Source of the DNA: Candidatus Hermodarchaeota archaeon
Lineage (GTDB): Archaea; Asgardarchaeota; Heimdallarchaeia; Hodarchaeales; Hodarchaeaceae
Reading direction: 5' to 3'
Length of the DNA: 32,000 nucleotides
Assembly: GCA_048886185.1 (NCBI GenBank)
Contig: JBHLKY010000024.1
Span: 15,062 to 47,061, forward strand
Shown here: piece after piece, positions 1-9,180 of the stretch
Numbering within the stretch: the first letter of the stretch is position 1
Layout: each line of letters starts with the position of its first letter
Translations under genes and position numbers: made by a program
Notes under the pieces: model-generated
The model's database searches: none
Seen by the model: only the letters and a program-made list of their open reading frames with translations
Told to the model about the DNA's origin: nothing

Positions 1-2
1 TT

Positions 3-1142
3 CAACCAATAGAACCCTTAATACTAGTACTAGGCGTAGTTGTAGCAGTTCTAATTTCAATGCTCTTAATAAAATGGCAATATGAATCCATCATTCTAAT
101 TTTAATCTCATTCTTCCCCTCTACTCTTTATGCAGGCTATTATGATCTGCCTTCATTCCTCGCATTATATCTAATTCCAATATTTCCAATTCTCTTAAAC
201 TTTGTAATGGGACTTAAATTCATGAAGACTGCTCTCTCTGTCAAGTTACATGAATTTTCATTGTTAGGTTATTTTGTAGTCTTTATTCTCGTTAGTCCGA
301 TAAGGATGATTGAATATACAACAGCACTTTTTGCGTTATTCCATGTTAGCTGGCTCGTGTTAACAATATTAACAAGAAAACTAGCCCAAAAAATCTTCAT
401 TTTAACAAATATGGTAAATTCTATTCTGGTACTAATCCTTATGGTTCTTATTGACCCTCTTATCCCCGATTCTTTCATCTCAGAGCTTGGATTCACATTT
501 TCCATAAAAACGACATTGATCTGCTTGATTTTAATCATTCTTATTTTGGTTATAATCTTTCATATTCTTGGCTGGCAAGTCTCCGAAATTAATGTCGATT
601 TATCGTATTTAATGACTTTTATTCTGATATTCAATAGCTCAGCATTCGTATTATCAGCTATTCAGCTGATGATTAGACTGACAGAAGTACCTCTTAGCTC
701 TGTCGTATTCGGAATATTACTAGTCTCCACAATTCTACTGGTAACTTCAATAATCTCTTATAGACACATTGGGAGACTGAAAACGGAGGTTTCACTTGCC
801 TGGATTTTTGCTGCTTCCACATGGGTGATTTTATCATCCTTTTATTTCGATACCTTTGAACTGGTCTTTTTCTGGCTTATTCTTGCTCCAATAATGGTGT
901 TAGTCTTTCTTGCAACACGGGAAAAAAGTATGATCCTGATAGGATTTATTTTTTATCTCATTGCTGGATTAAGGTTAATTGAACATTTTTTTGAATTTTT
1001 ATTATCTGGAACAGCAGACTGGTTAACAATCTTGGGACTGATAGTTTTTGGAGTAGAGCTAGTCTCACTGGGTATTTATTCATCTGTTTCTGGGAGAAAT
1101 AATAATGTTAATGGAATAGTTCAAGAAGTTAAGGAATATTAA
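3..1142 (+). CDS. Multi-pass membrane protein, 5' truncated by the window edge
   Basis: The frame stays open upstream of the ATG at 60 back to position 3 (QPIEPLILVLGVVVAVLISM), so the true start lies outside the window. Many hydrophobic segments; no family recognised. Confidence 0.8.
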   Translation, partial: QPIEPLILVLGVVVAVLISMLLIKWQYESIILILISFFPSTLYAGYYDLPSFLALYLIPIFPILLNFVMGLKFMKTALSVKLHEFSLLGYFVVFILVSPIRMIEYTTALFALFHVSWLVLTILTRKLAQKIFILTNMVNSILVLILMVLIDPLIPDSFISELGFTFSIKTTLICLILIILILVIIFHILGWQVSEINVDLSYLMTFILIFNSSAFVLSAIQLMIRLTEVPLSSVVFGILLVSTILLVTSIISYRHIGRLKTEVSLAWIFAASTWVILSSFYFDTFELVFFWLILAPIMVLVFLATREKSMILIGFIFYLIAGLRLIEHFFEFLLSGTADWLTILGLIVFGVELVSLGIYSSVSGRNNNVNGIVQEVKEY

Positions 1143-1146
1143 GCCT

Positions 1147-1192
1147 AGGGGGAGGGAGGGGCTCGCAAAGGAGCTAAAAAAGAAATCTTTTC
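1147..1192. repeat. Dispersed ~45-nt intergenic element, copy A
   Basis: AGGGGGAGGGAGG (1147-1159), stem-loop GCTC-GCAAAG-GAGC (1161-1174), A6 tract, then T-rich tail. Same layout as 13527-13570. Confidence 0.55.
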
Positions 1193-1251
1193 GGTTTGTT
1201 ACACCTTCTTACTTAAGAGATGTCAAGTATTATTGTTGATAAAAACTATTT

Positions 1252-2277
1252 TTAAAGGTATAATCTCTCTCTAAGTTGATCTAATCGACTTCGAATTAGA
1301 TTTAGAACATTGGTTCTGGTAATACTCTTCGTAAATGTACTAGCTATTTCAGGGGGACTATTATAACCAATTGTCTGAAATATAGTCCTATAGATTTGGT
1401 GAGCGAGTACTGTATCTCCAAGCGAGTATTCAATCCATAATGGAATATCAGAGCGTGGGATCGGAACGATAGTATTTCCTTCAAGATCCACTGGGGTCAT
1501 CCGATAACAATGATAATGGAATACATTTAGGGGGGCGTTTTCGAGTTGATAGAGAAGACTAGTGAGGCTTTTAGCTACTCCAATTGGATTCCCGTTTGTT
1601 CCCTTGATGTAAAAGGGATCATTACTTTCAGAAAAAGCTTTTGAAGCTATTTCAGTTAATTCTGAATTTGTTTCTTCAAACTGAAGATTCAACTGTTCAT
1701 TTTCCCCCACAGATCTCTCACTTATAAATGGTGATTTTATAATCGGAGTTACTCCAACGTTTTTTTCATCAACAGAAGCGTTATAAAGTTTCAAATCAGT
1801 ATGAAACTTCATTAATGGCAAAAGATCAACTATATTTGCAGAGGAATCTTGAAAACAAGCACAGTAAAGTGGAAAGCCATAAGACTCTTTGAAAATTGAT
1901 GATAATACCCTTTCAAGTTCAAAAATCTGATGTTGATAGCTTTCTTTTACCATTTGATAATTGAAGACGAAACTCGCCCCCGAATACCTTTCCTTAATTG
2001 CAGACCAAATTAATTCACGAAGAGTTTCTTCAAGAATCTCTTGTCGATCTTTGGTTAAGAGTGAATCAAGTATTTCACTTAAAGAGTGTACAGAATAATC
2101 ACCTTCTATTTGTAGTAATTCATTCTCAATCTTAGAATTGGTACTAAAAATGAATATTTTTCGATGTAATTGTAATTGAGATTGTAATAATGCGTTAAGA
2201 AGGGGAATTTCGTTAGGAGAGTCGAAAATGACCATGTTATGTTTATTTAAATCCTTTAAAACGTTAAATACATTCAA
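1252..2277 (-). CDS. MEDS-like sensory domain fused to a DUF5752-like domain
   Basis: The N-terminal half ends in LYCACFQ...LMKFHTDL, a MEDS/DcmR-like pattern. The C-terminal half has FYIKGTNGNPIGVAKSLTSLLYQL...FHYH...SDIPLWIEYSLGDTVLAHQI, resembling DUF5752. Pattern recognition only. Confidence 0.55.
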   Translation of the reverse strand: MNVFNVLKDLNKHNMVIFDSPNEIPLLNALLQSQLQLHRKIFIFSTNSKIENELLQIEGDYSVHSLSEILDSLLTKDRQEILEETLRELIWSAIKERYSGASFVFNYQMVKESYQHQIFELERVLSSIFKESYGFPLYCACFQDSSANIVDLLPLMKFHTDLKLYNASVDEKNVGVTPIIKSPFISERSVGENEQLNLQFEETNSELTEIASKAFSESNDPFYIKGTNGNPIGVAKSLTSLLYQLENAPLNVFHYHCYRMTPVDLEGNTIVPIPRSDIPLWIEYSLGDTVLAHQIYRTIFQTIGYNSPPEIASTFTKSITRTNVLNLIRSRLDQLRERLYL

Positions 2278-2362
2278 TTAAGGCCCGCTCACTTTGAAAG
2301 GAGGTTTCTTCATTATTAACTCTCTAGATCAAGATAGTAATTTTATGATAACAGATTTTATA

Positions 2363-2799
2363 TTAACTATTGTTAATTATATTTCTACGAAAAAGGTAAA
2401 TGAAAAAAATTGCGTTCCAAAGAAATATCGAAGTTAGATAGATGAATCCTATATTTGATAACATTTCCCCACTAAAATGATGAAAATACCAGTTTACATA
2501 TTGCCAATCAAATTCATTATTATCCAAAATAAAAATGGCCCGCTTAGAGCCTTTTACCTGAATGATCCAATTTCGGAACTTCTCCATTACTGCTTTATGA
2601 TCATTGAAGGATAAGGTCTCCTTCCGAGTCAAATGGGAAATACTAAGTGCCTCAGGAAGATATTTTTCCGAAATCGGTTTCAACTTCCCTTCAAAAAATC
2701 ATGAAGTTCAAGTCGCACAACAACTGCTCCTAACCATACAATTGAGTAATCTCCTGGTATCGGCCCATCAGATTCGATATCTATTGAAAAATATGTCAT
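2363..2799 (-). pseudogene. Frameshifted DEDD-family 3'-5' exo(ribo)nuclease
   Basis: ORF 2680-2799 reads MTYFSIDIESDGPIPGDYSIVWLGAVVV (ExoI DxE motif). The frame shifts at a T6 run (2693-2698) into FEGKLKPISEKYLPEAL...DNNEFDWQYVNWYFHHF (ExoII-like). I found no ExoIII HxxxxD motif in the tail. Confidence 0.75.
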
Positions 2800-2848
2800 T
2801 CTAACTCACGTTTTTCAATTACCATGATATTCGGTCTAACCAATTATT

Positions 2849-4885
2849 TTACTGAAGAAAAAATATCTGAAATTCATTGTTGAAGGGGATGTTCGTAAGA
2901 TATAGCAAGTAGTCCACAAGGAAGCAGGAGAGAGCATCGTGGATAGACCCATCAGTAGCAACAGCCATTAATTCATTCTTGTTTGAATAGTGTTTAAAGA
3001 GCTCTACCGCAACTTTGTAAGGGGAGAGATAAAGTGTGGTTTTAAGGGGAGGTAAGCCAATTCGTTCCATGATTGAATCGAGTACTTTCTCTTGGGAAAA
3101 TAACACAATCTGGATTGAAATATGAGCAGCAAAATTGATCAGATTCTTTCTTCCTGGTGGTGGATTGAAAAAAAGTTTGATATTATCTAGTGAAGGATTC
3201 TTCTGTAGGAATGTAAGGAATTCTAACACTTCAGGGATCGCAGTAAAGCGATTAACCACTACCTCAGATTTAATTGCAGTCTTCCACCAAAATAGGAAGG
3301 TTTCGGGCTCAAGATATGTTGTTAGAAACCAAGCCCAATCTTTTTTGAAAAGATGTTTTCGTGATAGGTACGTATCTCCTACCAAGACCATAAACTCATC
3401 CAACGTTTCTGCATTCCTGAAGTGATGGAGAAGCGCTGGGGGATACGTAAACGAGGGATAGAGTTCATTGTATGAATTTTTGATTCCCCCATTGACTGAG
3501 GACCAAGTATAGCTTAACAGCTCCTCTGTGGGATGCATGAAATCGTATATTCTTGTCGCCTTATTCATATAGCAAGAGTCAAAGATTCTATTAAGTCCAG
3601 CATCATCAGCTCGTTTTAGAGTGACACGGATCGTCTCAGGAGTAACATCAATATTGCCTAGAAAGATGTTCCAAGAATTTACAAAATCATCGGGATTCAA
3701 TGATTCAGGAGATCTGAATATTCGTTCCTCCAAGGAAAAATATTTCTTTCCCGAGTGTCTGAACTCGTCTTTAACCAATTTTTTTGCTTGGGTGAAAAAA
3801 TTGATGATATCCTCACTCTTTTGTGGAGCTTTATTTGCTCTAAGATTATGATCTTCAAGAGAGCCAACAGGGAGTGGATTGAAAACTCCACAATAACCCG
3901 CTTTTCTGATGTGCCTTAACATACCAGCTGTGAAAGTCAGTAGATGTAGCCCGTACCAGGATACTTTCTCATCCTCCTCCCTCTCTTGGTTAATTTCAAT
4001 TAGCAAATCAGCAAGTTTCGTAACAAAATCATCACCCTCAGCATTAAGTTCAGAACATATGAAAAAAAGTTGATTCAGCTGATACTTCTGTAGAAAGTTG
4101 ATCTCCTCTTTGATCACGTCTAAGTTCCGATATTGGACTTTTTTCCCCTTAATCAGGGGTTCAGGACACATTGTACACCTCATTGGGCACCCCCGAGACA
4201 CTTCTATAGGAACACTTAGCTCTAGAGGTTCCTCTGAGAATCGAGAATAGAATTCCTCTCGGTGTTTTATGATCTTATCTGTATATTCTTGACGGTAGGC
4301 AGGAGGAAAATACTGGAGTGGCCCCCTTTGGAGCTCCCTTCCTTGAAAATAAATAAGGTTGGCAATCTGATTCAAATGCTGTTTTTCAAGAACCTCTTCG
4401 AAATACTCAAAAAAAGCGTCTGGCCCTCCAATCACACCATAATCAGGATTGAGGTAATTCATCAACTTTTCTGGCATCATAGAAAAAGCAAATCCTCCAA
4501 TGACAACAGGGACATCAGTTAATTTGCGAAGAACTTGAACTAAACGTTTTGTAGCTTGGATTGGATAGTAGAATGTTTGCTCGGATGATTGAAAGATAGT
4601 GGCCTTGTGATAATTCGTGGTTTTCGGAGGGGGTTGATAGTCATTTACATCCACACAGTCTGTATTTCTCAAAGTAATCAATATCATATTAAACAGGTCA
4701 TTTTTGAGTAGCTTCTGAAGATAACCCTCCCAGTGCTTTTCTGTAATTCCGTACATATCATTACAGATCGTCCGAATGTTAAACCTGTCTGCAATCTCTG
4801 AAACTTGTACAAAAGCGTAGGGATACACCAATGCAGTCTTGAGGTTGCTTGCATTAAGTAACAGGATGGTTCTTTGAGGAGTCAC
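2849..4885 (-). CDS. Radical SAM protein with N-terminal cobalamin-binding-like domain
   Basis: CxxxCxxC motif in EVSRGCPMRCTMCPEP. The N-terminal region (ILLLN...YPYAF..., VVIGGFAFS) has the layout of B12-binding radical SAM enzymes. GTG start with a GAGGT ribosome-binding site. Confidence 0.85.
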   Translation of the reverse strand: MTPQRTILLLNASNLKTALVYPYAFVQVSEIADRFNIRTICNDMYGITEKHWEGYLQKLLKNDLFNMILITLRNTDCVDVNDYQPPPKTTNYHKATIFQSSEQTFYYPIQATKRLVQVLRKLTDVPVVIGGFAFSMMPEKLMNYLNPDYGVIGGPDAFFEYFEEVLEKQHLNQIANLIYFQGRELQRGPLQYFPPAYRQEYTDKIIKHREEFYSRFSEEPLELSVPIEVSRGCPMRCTMCPEPLIKGKKVQYRNLDVIKEEINFLQKYQLNQLFFICSELNAEGDDFVTKLADLLIEINQEREEDEKVSWYGLHLLTFTAGMLRHIRKAGYCGVFNPLPVGSLEDHNLRANKAPQKSEDIINFFTQAKKLVKDEFRHSGKKYFSLEERIFRSPESLNPDDFVNSWNIFLGNIDVTPETIRVTLKRADDAGLNRIFDSCYMNKATRIYDFMHPTEELLSYTWSSVNGGIKNSYNELYPSFTYPPALLHHFRNAETLDEFMVLVGDTYLSRKHLFKKDWAWFLTTYLEPETFLFWWKTAIKSEVVVNRFTAIPEVLEFLTFLQKNPSLDNIKLFFNPPPGRKNLINFAAHISIQIVLFSQEKVLDSIMERIGLPPLKTTLYLSPYKVAVELFKHYSNKNELMAVATDGSIHDALSCFLVDYLLYLTNIPFNNEFQIFFLQ

Positions 4886-5490
4886 AGGATTACCTCAATC
4901 TTGATCCAACAAATTTTGAGACTCTTGATAAATATGTTTCTTCAGGCAACCAGAAATGCAACTCCTATGATATAAGCAAACAATTGTGGAAGCATTACTC
5001 CTCTAGTAATAACCAGTCTTTAAAATAATCCCATCAATAATAATAATTTTAGTTATGATTACAGTCTTAGCAGTAAGGGGCAATATTACTCAAATTTTCC
5101 ATATTGTGTGGTTCTTTGACTTACACTGATTAGGTGAATAATCTAGGTGAATAACTCTCATTGAAAGAATTTTAAACTGAAAAGGAAGCATTTAATGAAG
5201 CCTGAAACTGAAAGTTTCTAATTTTTAAAAGAATGGACTAACATCAAAATTTAAGCAATTATTTAGCCTTTATGATGAATCCTCTATTATTTTCAATAAG
5301 TATTAGGCCTTTTGTTCCTTTTTCTAGCAGTCACCACAACATGATCTACTTATCTTTATCTTTTATCAAGAATTTCTAGAAGATCTTTGAAATATACCAA
5401 AAAAGTGTTCCTCATTTCTTTTTAAACACTATTTTACCCATACATGAACGCTATAACTTGGTAAATAGTAATAGCAAGATATGAAACAAG

Positions 5491-5742
5491 GTGATTCTTA
5501 TTAAGAAAAAGTTATTTCCCTTAATGGTTCTATCTATTGTTCTCCTCCTGTCAGGTGGCTTGGTCTTCGCTTCTACTGCACCCGGTGGTAATGAAAATGG
5601 CGATTGCGATCGAGATCGTGATGGTGACTGTGACTGTGATTGTGAGTGTGAATGTACCTGTGATGGATGTGGTAATTGTGCGTGTAACTGCCATAGCCCC
5701 TCAGATGGCGAAGGAAGCGCCAAGCGTTTCAGGAGATGGTGA
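5491..5742 (+). CDS. Small secreted Cys/Asp-rich protein (11 Cys)
   Basis: Signal peptide (KKK, hydrophobic core, VFA cleavage site), then DCDRDRDGDCDCDCECECTCDGCGNCACNCH and a basic tail KRFRRW. Followed by a hairpin and T7 tract. The exact start codon is uncertain. Confidence 0.75.
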   Translation: MILIKKKLFPLMVLSIVLLLSGGLVFASTAPGGNENGDCDRDRDGDCDCDCECECTCDGCGNCACNCHSPSDGEGSAKRFRRW

Positions 5743-5781
5743 TGGATCTTAAACCAGAATAATCAAACCTTCCCTCACTTT

Positions 5782-5810
5782 GAAGATATATAAAATATCT
5801 TCCTTTTTTT
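5782..5810 (+). terminator. Hairpin plus T7 terminator candidate
   Basis: Perfect 8-bp inverted repeat GAAGATAT / ATATCTTC with a 5-nt loop, followed by C and T7 (5804-5810), about 40 nt after the stop of the Cys-rich gene. Confidence 0.55.
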
Positions 5811-5957
5811 CTCTTATAGAACATCTACCCAAGAATAGTGAAATATTTTACTTAAATATTGGTAATGTTAACATTGTAGATGATCACAATTTGATTAAAT
5901 TAGTTGCTTTCTGAATTCTTTGTTTCATTTCACGAAATATTGATGTCGGTTAACTCT

Positions 5958-6272
5958 CTATTTCTCTTTTCTCCATTTTATTGACAGTGACTTAAACTCT
6001 CTTTTTTCCAATTTGTCAACAATAATCTTACCCACTTCTTCAGGATTTTCTAGATTCATGTGTTTGAAACTCTCTACTAGAATACTCGAGTCTTCTGGGA
6101 TCACATCTGTGAGCATCTGATCTAAACCCAGCCAAATAGCCAGTTCTATTAGATCTATCTCTGAAAAATCCGTAGTCCCCATTACCTTACGGACTACAGG
6201 TAAAAATCCTCTTATTTTTCTCCATGTTTCGTCAGAGATGAAGACCCTGTGTGAATCTTTTAAGGAAATCAC
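5958..6272 (-). CDS. Hypothetical protein, possibly ribbon-helix-helix-like at the N-terminus
   Basis: 104-aa ORF with protein-like composition and a GAGGT site near the start. HRVFISDETWRKIR suggests a short beta strand followed by a helix. Confidence 0.65.
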   Translation of the reverse strand: MISLKDSHRVFISDETWRKIRGFLPVVRKVMGTTDFSEIDLIELAIWLGLDQMLTDVIPEDSSILVESFKHMNLENPEEVGKIIVDKLEKREFKSLSIKWRKEK

Positions 6273-6866
6273 CTCAATATCCCTTTTCTTCCTAATAACA
6301 CCTTTTCACAACTCAGCAAAACCTGTCTCATTAGTACTAGGTCTTAAACAGTAATATTAGCATGTGTTGATTTCGTGAAGTCTCAAATTAAGCTTCTTTC
6401 AAGGAAAAATTAATCCAGCTCACAGTTAGGTAACTCCCAAGCTTATTATTTAAAGCCAATAGAAATAAAAAAATACAATTTGTCATGAAAAATATTTTTA
6501 AAATCTTTAGACTGTTTCAATATAAATTCTCCTGATTTAATCAACCCATTCTTCTCTCTCACTATCTATTTTGAGTTTGATTATTCACTAAAGAAATTTA
6601 TAGGGTACCAATAAAACATAACTATAATGATTTCTTGACTTCATGTGGAACTAGGTTTCTGAAAGTTCAGCCAATCATTGGCAGTGGAAGTTTTTCAGGA
6701 TGTGAGTTTTTTACAAATTTTCTCCTGCAAATTGTTATTTTATGATTGTTCCCTCTTTATAAAGTCTCTAATTCTTGAGGAAATTTGCTCATTTATCATA
6801 AAATACATTAGAGATAGTAATAAGAAATGAGGATTTCTTTTTATTCCAACAAGATTAGTTGGAGGC

Positions 6867-7433
6867 ATGAATGGTCTGCGATCGTATAAATTTTGCTTAT
6901 TAGGAGACCAAGGAGTGGGTAAAACCTCCATAAAACAAAGTTTCTTTGGAATCCCCTTCCATTCCCATTATCTGATGACTATGGGGGTTGATTTTACTCT
7001 CAAAGAAGTTGAAGTGAAAGGAGAAGAGTTTCAATTACAGCTTTGGGATGTCTCAGGTCACCCGTCAGTTAGAAATATTAGAGAACGCTATATCCAAGAT
7101 GCTGATGGCATCATTTTAGTGTTTGATTTGACTCGTGAAGAAACATTTCAGAATATCCCAGCTTGGATTAAAGAGATTATTATCAACTGTTCCAAATCAG
7201 TTGTATTACAGATCATAGGAAATAAAGCTGATTTAGAAGAACATCTACCTTTTGTTCAAAAAGATGAAATTGACTCATTAATCGATCATCTTCACGAAGC
7301 TGTGATAGCCAAACATTTTCACAATATTGGATATTTTATATGTTCAGCTAAAACAAAATTGAATATTGATGAAGTTTTTCTTTCCCTGATTCTTGCCATA
7401 GGAAATTCTTTTGAGCTAAAGACTCTTGAATGA
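6867..7433 (+). CDS. Rab-like small GTPase (Ras superfamily)
   Basis: G1 GDQGVGKT, switch I TMGVDF, G3 WDVSG, IILVFDLT, G4 NKAD, G5 CSAK. GGAGG ribosome-binding site upstream. Confidence 0.93.
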   Translation: MNGLRSYKFCLLGDQGVGKTSIKQSFFGIPFHSHYLMTMGVDFTLKEVEVKGEEFQLQLWDVSGHPSVRNIRERYIQDADGIILVFDLTREETFQNIPAWIKEIIINCSKSVVLQIIGNKADLEEHLPFVQKDEIDSLIDHLHEAVIAKHFHNIGYFICSAKTKLNIDEVFLSLILAIGNSFELKTLE

Positions 7434-7525
7434 TTTTAATATTAATAGAGATGCTATTAGAGAATAATAACTGCGTTTTTGTAAAAATCCTTGGAACTTT
7501 ATGTGTCTCTGAAGTCTTTATCATA

Positions 7526-7837
7526 TCAATTCTTATATAGTAAGATCAGAAAAACGATCAAGCGAATGATTATAAACCCAATAATTCCAGCAACAATAGC
7601 TGCAGAGACATGAATCACCATCATGAGGGGAATTGTCTGTTCTCATGCACGGAGGAACACAGCGTATATAGTTGAAAGAATAAAGGTAATTATTGCAATT
7701 ATCACTCCACCTAGAAATCCTAAAACATTTTTGTTGTTAATTTTGACTCCTTTTGTTTCATGATAAATCCGTACTATCTTTTGTCTGTATAAGATTAGAA
7801 GTGAAACAATGATAGCTATTCTTCTATGAATACATAC
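7526..7837 (-). pseudogene. Possible interrupted small membrane-protein gene
   Basis: One frame with three hydrophobic stretches (IAIIVSLLILY; VLGFLGGVIIAIITFILSTIYAVFL; VIHVSAAIVAGIIGFIIIRLIVFLILLY), an internal TGA at 7643-7645 and no in-frame ATG near the start. Confidence 0.35.
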
Positions 7838-7918
7838 TTATAAGTCAGATATAAGCTTAACCTGTAAAATCAGGGGGTATATTCTAGTCAAACTAACTAA
7901 AATAAATAAGGGTTCAGT

Positions 7919-8548
7919 ATGAAGGAGTATAATTCTATTGAATTTGCGGAAGATGCTGTAATTAATGAAGATATTATTATCAAAGGCTCTGCTATAGCTC
8001 GTGGCAATCTAAAATCTGCTTTGATGATTGTATCTGGTGCTTTAGAAGTTGGGAAAGATCTCAAATGTTCAGATAACTTAACAGTTAAAGGTAAATGTCA
8101 TGTTAAGGGATTAATCAAGACCAAATCTCTCTCAACAACAGGATCAATCGAAGCTACTTCAATTGAAGCCACTATTATTCAATTAGCTGGAAAGATTACC
8201 ATTCATTCAGATGTCACAGCTTTAGAATCGATAATTATCGAAATTAAGCCTAAGAAGAGGAATGTGGTTATTAAAGGATTGGTCAAAGCTCCAAAAGTCA
8301 GACTTATTTTTCGTATGTTCTACACTGAATGGTCCTCCGTTCCTGGAAAAATTGTGTCTCGTTTTGGACTACGCAGACATTATAAAAGGAAAATAATCAT
8401 AGAAAACTTGAATATAGAAACGGATAAACTAGTAATAGAAACTCCCTACCCTGTAGATATGATTGAATGTTTTTACACTGATTGCAAAATAAATGCAGGT
8501 GAAACAGAGCTAACAAGGAGAGTAGTCCCTCTTCCTGATTCACCATAA
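7919..8548 (+). CDS. Bactofilin-like (polymer-forming cytoskeletal) beta-helix protein
   Basis: Repeating ~6-residue units of the form (I/V)x(I/V)xG and GxLx in the first ~115 aa (DIIIKGSAIARGNLKS, LTVKGKCHVKGLIKT, LAGKITIHSDVTA). Confidence 0.6.
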   Translation: MKEYNSIEFAEDAVINEDIIIKGSAIARGNLKSALMIVSGALEVGKDLKCSDNLTVKGKCHVKGLIKTKSLSTTGSIEATSIEATIIQLAGKITIHSDVTALESIIIEIKPKKRNVVIKGLVKAPKVRLIFRMFYTEWSSVPGKIVSRFGLRRHYKRKIIIENLNIETDKLVIETPYPVDMIECFYTDCKINAGETELTRRVVPLPDSP

Positions 8549-8685
8549 GTAGATTCCAAACAATCTAATTACCACCACTACTCTCCCAAGTATTTAAATC
8601 TGGATTTACCTCAAATTAGTCTATATAATTTGTAAAAATGACTCATTATTTAACAAAAATGATGGTTTCATAAAATAAGGATTCA

Positions 8686-9060
8686 TTATTCATCCCCTGA
8701 AGGAATCACTGTTTCTTTTTCAACCATCAAGATGACAGTTTTTTCTGGGGCACGTGTGCGATGAATTACCCCCTTTGGTACAGCATACCCTTGTTTTGGT
8801 GTTAGCTTAATTATTTCTTCTTCTAAATCTATGAACAAACTCCCTTCTATAACATAGAAAAATTCATCCTCCATCTTATGTTTATGCCAATGGAACTCCC
8901 CTTGAATGATTCCTACTCTAACCACACTTTCATTGACATGACACAAGGTCTGATTAAACCATTGATCTGTACAGGATTCGATTATCTCTGGAATGTCAAT
9001 GATTTTTAAATATCCATATTTTTCTTCCATTTGGAATTTATATTCTGGGTGTTTTTTCAT
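8686..9060 (-). CDS. Cupin-domain protein
   Basis: Cupin motif 1 GEFHWHKHKMEDEFFYVIEG and motif 2 VPKGVIHRT. Confidence 0.92.
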   Translation of the reverse strand: MKKHPEYKFQMEEKYGYLKIIDIPEIIESCTDQWFNQTLCHVNESVVRVGIIQGEFHWHKHKMEDEFFYVIEGSLFIDLEEEIIKLTPKQGYAVPKGVIHRTRAPEKTVILMVEKETVIPSGDE

Positions 9061-9180
9061 AGGATCTCTCCTCTACCTTTTTAATCGTACCTGTTTTTGG
9101 TAGAGAGTTTATTTTCAGGATCGAAACCATCTTTCTCCCCTCAATTTTGTTATTTCTCAAGTAAATATCACTGTTTTATC

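Noticed and set aside
4890-5010. Minus-strand MLPQLFAYIIGVAFLVA*RNIFIK mini-frame with GAGGAG upstream
   Set aside because: Only 17 codons before the stop. It could be a remnant or leader peptide, but nothing else supports it.
5451-5752. ORFs 5451-5723 (-) with QS/RS repeats and 5537-5752 (+) with VT/VS repeats
   Set aside because: They are alternative-frame shadows of the Cys-Asp repeat. Only the 5491 frame has a signal peptide and a coherent structure.
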